From an uncultured bacterium (GTDB taxonomy: Bacteria; Oederibacteriota; JAAXVQ01; JAUVAV01): a stretch of 64,000 nucleotides of DNA. The position numbers were made by a program, and so were the translations under genes. Within the stretch, counting starts at the first letter, position 1. Each line of letters starts with the position of its first letter. The DNA lies in the NCBI GenBank assembly GCA_963710755.1, contig CAVQBK010000006.1, positions 96,001-160,000 of the forward strand, given 5' to 3'. The notes below the pieces were generated by a model. The model saw only the letters and a list, made by a program, of their open reading frames with translations. It made no database searches and was not told the origin of the DNA. Shown in pieces: positions 62,172 to 64,000 of this stretch.

Positions 62172-63910
62172 TATTTTATTACCCCCACCCGTCGTTTAAA
62201 TTCCTGCGTTTTACCAGAACTCTGAGCCCTGACTTTGACCAGATAGATCCCGTTGGCCACGGTTCTACCCTCCCCATTCTTACCATCCCACATCCAGGCA
62301 GCGCCGCCCTTGGAGGTGGCGCTTAAGCTGATGGGATCAGTGCTGTCCTTGTCAAAGTTTTTAGCCACCACCACCCGGCCATAGGGATCGTAAATGCGTA
62401 GTTCCACATTACTGTTGTCTTCAAGATAGTAGTTGATGGAAGTGGTTTCATTGCGTCCAGGATCAAAAGGATTGGGGTAATTGACGATGGCCCCGGCCTC
62501 CACAGGCGCTACCGAAACCTTCACCGTCACACTCTGGTAAGCGTAAACCGTGGAGGAGACATTATCGAGCACGGCCACGTCCAACACCACCGCTTCATTG
62601 ATCGTGCCGGCTGTATAGGTACTTGTGGCCACACCTTCATTGGTTGAATTGTCACTGCCGGTGGTGGTGGCTGTCACCGACAAATAACCATTGGTGCTGG
62701 TGTTATGGAAGGTCACATGAAAATCATGGATATTGGAAGAAGTTTTATTGCCGTATTGGTCGTAAACCGTGGCTGAAACAATGGATTGATGATTGGACTG
62801 GACTTCGCTGGGGCTAAGGCTAAGCGACACACTGGCAGGAATGTTGGGGAGGATGGTTATGGGCGCTGAACTGACAGCATAAACGGTGGTACCATTAATG
62901 GTCAGTTGATGGGCTTGCAAATAAATCTGCGTAGCTTCCCGGAAATAGCGGTCATTAAAATATTTCACACCATTTTGCACAGTGAAATTAGCCAAATTAT
63001 CTCGATTGGGATTGTTGGCCAATTCTTCGTTGTTCGACAAATAAAATTTCTTAAATTCAAAGTAATCATTATTGTTGGTCAAAATGCCACCAGGCGCATT
63101 AGGATCAGAGGATGCTTTGATGGAAACGGATACATAAAAATCCTCTCCTGCATAGACCTGGGAAGGTGTGCTGATATGGGCAAACCCGGCAGTAGAGGAA
63201 AAGGAGGTGAGGTAGACAGGCGTGAAGGTCAGCCCTGGTGTGGACCCAAATCCTACGGTAACCAGGCTTCCTGTCAAGGAACCGGTCGTGGTTTCGATAG
63301 TGGAATAGCCTATCCCAGCATTTATAGGTATGGTAGAAGAAGGATGATAACTCATTCCTACTTCATTGGCCATTACCGTATCGGTGTAGGAATTAACTCG
63401 GTTATAATAAGCATCTGTGGCCAACAGGGTCACACCGTAATAAACGCCTTGAATGACGTCAGGATAATCACCACCTTGAACCACCGGAGTTACACCCGAA
63501 TTCACTCCTGGAGTATGAGTCTGTCCTGGAAGTATGATCAATAATTGACTGACAACATTAGCTGCAACCGCTACTTGCGTATTACCGTTTGCACTACCAT
63601 CGGTGCAGGAAATTTCATTGGCGCCTGCAGCTTTCAATCGAACAAAGCCCTTCCAAACACCGGCAGTAAAATTTTCGGATGTATTAGGGCTGATTGTATC
63701 CGGATAAGTATTATTGGTTAAATCAACAGTGCCAGAGAAGGTCGTGGACGGGATACCAGGAGCATCGTAGGCTGTAATAGTGATAGGGGTATATTCCCCA
63801 GCCGTAGGATTTGTTGCTGGATTAATTTCTAAAAGGAAATGAGATAAAGAATAACTTTGTAATGGAAGAAAGAATAGTGCGGAGATAATCAAGAAAGTTG
63901 CTTTTCTCAA
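62171..63910 (-). CDS. Secreted Ig-like protein with T9SS-CTD-like/FlgD-Ig C-terminus
   Basis: TTG start after AAGGAGG; signal peptide; LLIILPGQTHTPG module shared with the 1901-aa protein; C-terminus NYPNPFDP...LRIYDPYGRVV...WDGKNGEGRTVANGIYLV...RVGVIK. Confidence 0.8.
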   Translation of the reverse strand: MRKATFLIISALFFLPLQSYSLSHFLLEINPATNPTAGEYTPITITAYDAPGIPSTTFSGTVDLTNNTYPDTISPNTSENFTAGVWKGFVRLKAAGANEISCTDGSANGNTQVAVAANVVSQLLIILPGQTHTPGVNSGVTPVVQGGDYPDVIQGVYYGVTLLATDAYYNRVNSYTDTVMANEVGMSYHPSSTIPINAGIGYSTIETTTGSLTGSLVTVGFGSTPGLTFTPVYLTSFSSTAGFAHISTPSQVYAGEDFYVSVSIKASSDPNAPGGILTNNNDYFEFKKFYLSNNEELANNPNRDNLANFTVQNGVKYFNDRYFREATQIYLQAHQLTINGTTVYAVSSAPITILPNIPASVSLSLSPSEVQSNHQSIVSATVYDQYGNKTSSNIHDFHVTFHNTSTNGYLSVTATTTGSDNSTNEGVATSTYTAGTINEAVVLDVAVLDNVSSTVYAYQSVTVKVSVAPVEAGAIVNYPNPFDPGRNETTSINYYLEDNSNVELRIYDPYGRVVVAKNFDKDSTDPISLSATSKGGAAWMWDGKNGEGRTVANGIYLVKVRAQSSGKTQEFKRRVGVIK

Positions 63911-64000
63911 GATAATCCCTCCTTGGGTGAGTTGCGATCTCTGACATTATATAAATATTTTGTCATATTACAAAGCAAATTATTCATTAAATTGTCATTG

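Noticed and set aside
63941-63965. TGACA-N14-TGTCA palindrome upstream of the 579-aa gene
   Set aside because: Short arms in AT-rich DNA, no second copy found and no regulator in the window; cannot be supported as an operator.

Overview
A 64 kb bacterial chromosomal window in which almost all genes lie on the minus strand. The organism is inferred to be diderm (lipoproteins, outer-membrane barrels, TonB-ExbBD) with Firmicutes-style RNA leaders. The gene style resembles FCPU426/Goldbacteria/Firestonebacteria/Elusimicrobiota-like lineages; this is inference only. There are four zones. (1) 1-8.7 kb is an AT-richer defence island: type I RM hsdS/hsdR with an inserted KilA-N gene, Mrr and Kiwa (kwaAB). 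Its modules are bracketed by nested direct repeats, and both hsdR and mrr carry 1-bp frameshifts. (2) 8.7-23.6 kb is housekeeping: MFS, a TPR/lipoprotein trio, uvrBC, cvpA, pheS, a TrmH-family gene, and infC-rpmI-rplT with an L20 leader. (3) 23.7-29.9 kb holds an IS1182-family element inserted at the nusB stop codon, carrying a coupled DUF559 nuclease passenger and a second inner pair of inverted repeats, followed by the FMN-riboswitch rib operon. (4) 30-64 kb is a 34 kb envelope locus. Four secreted proteins (579-3003 aa, with beta-propeller, Ig-like and Thr/Pro stalk regions) end in T9SS-CTD-like/FlgD-Ig domains. They alternate with three PorV/PorQ-like barrels and run into a giant TPR protein plus ExbB-ExbD-ExbD-TonB. 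This is the best candidate for an undescribed T9SS-like secretion/surface-display (or Agl-Glt-like) system energised by a Ton-type motor.
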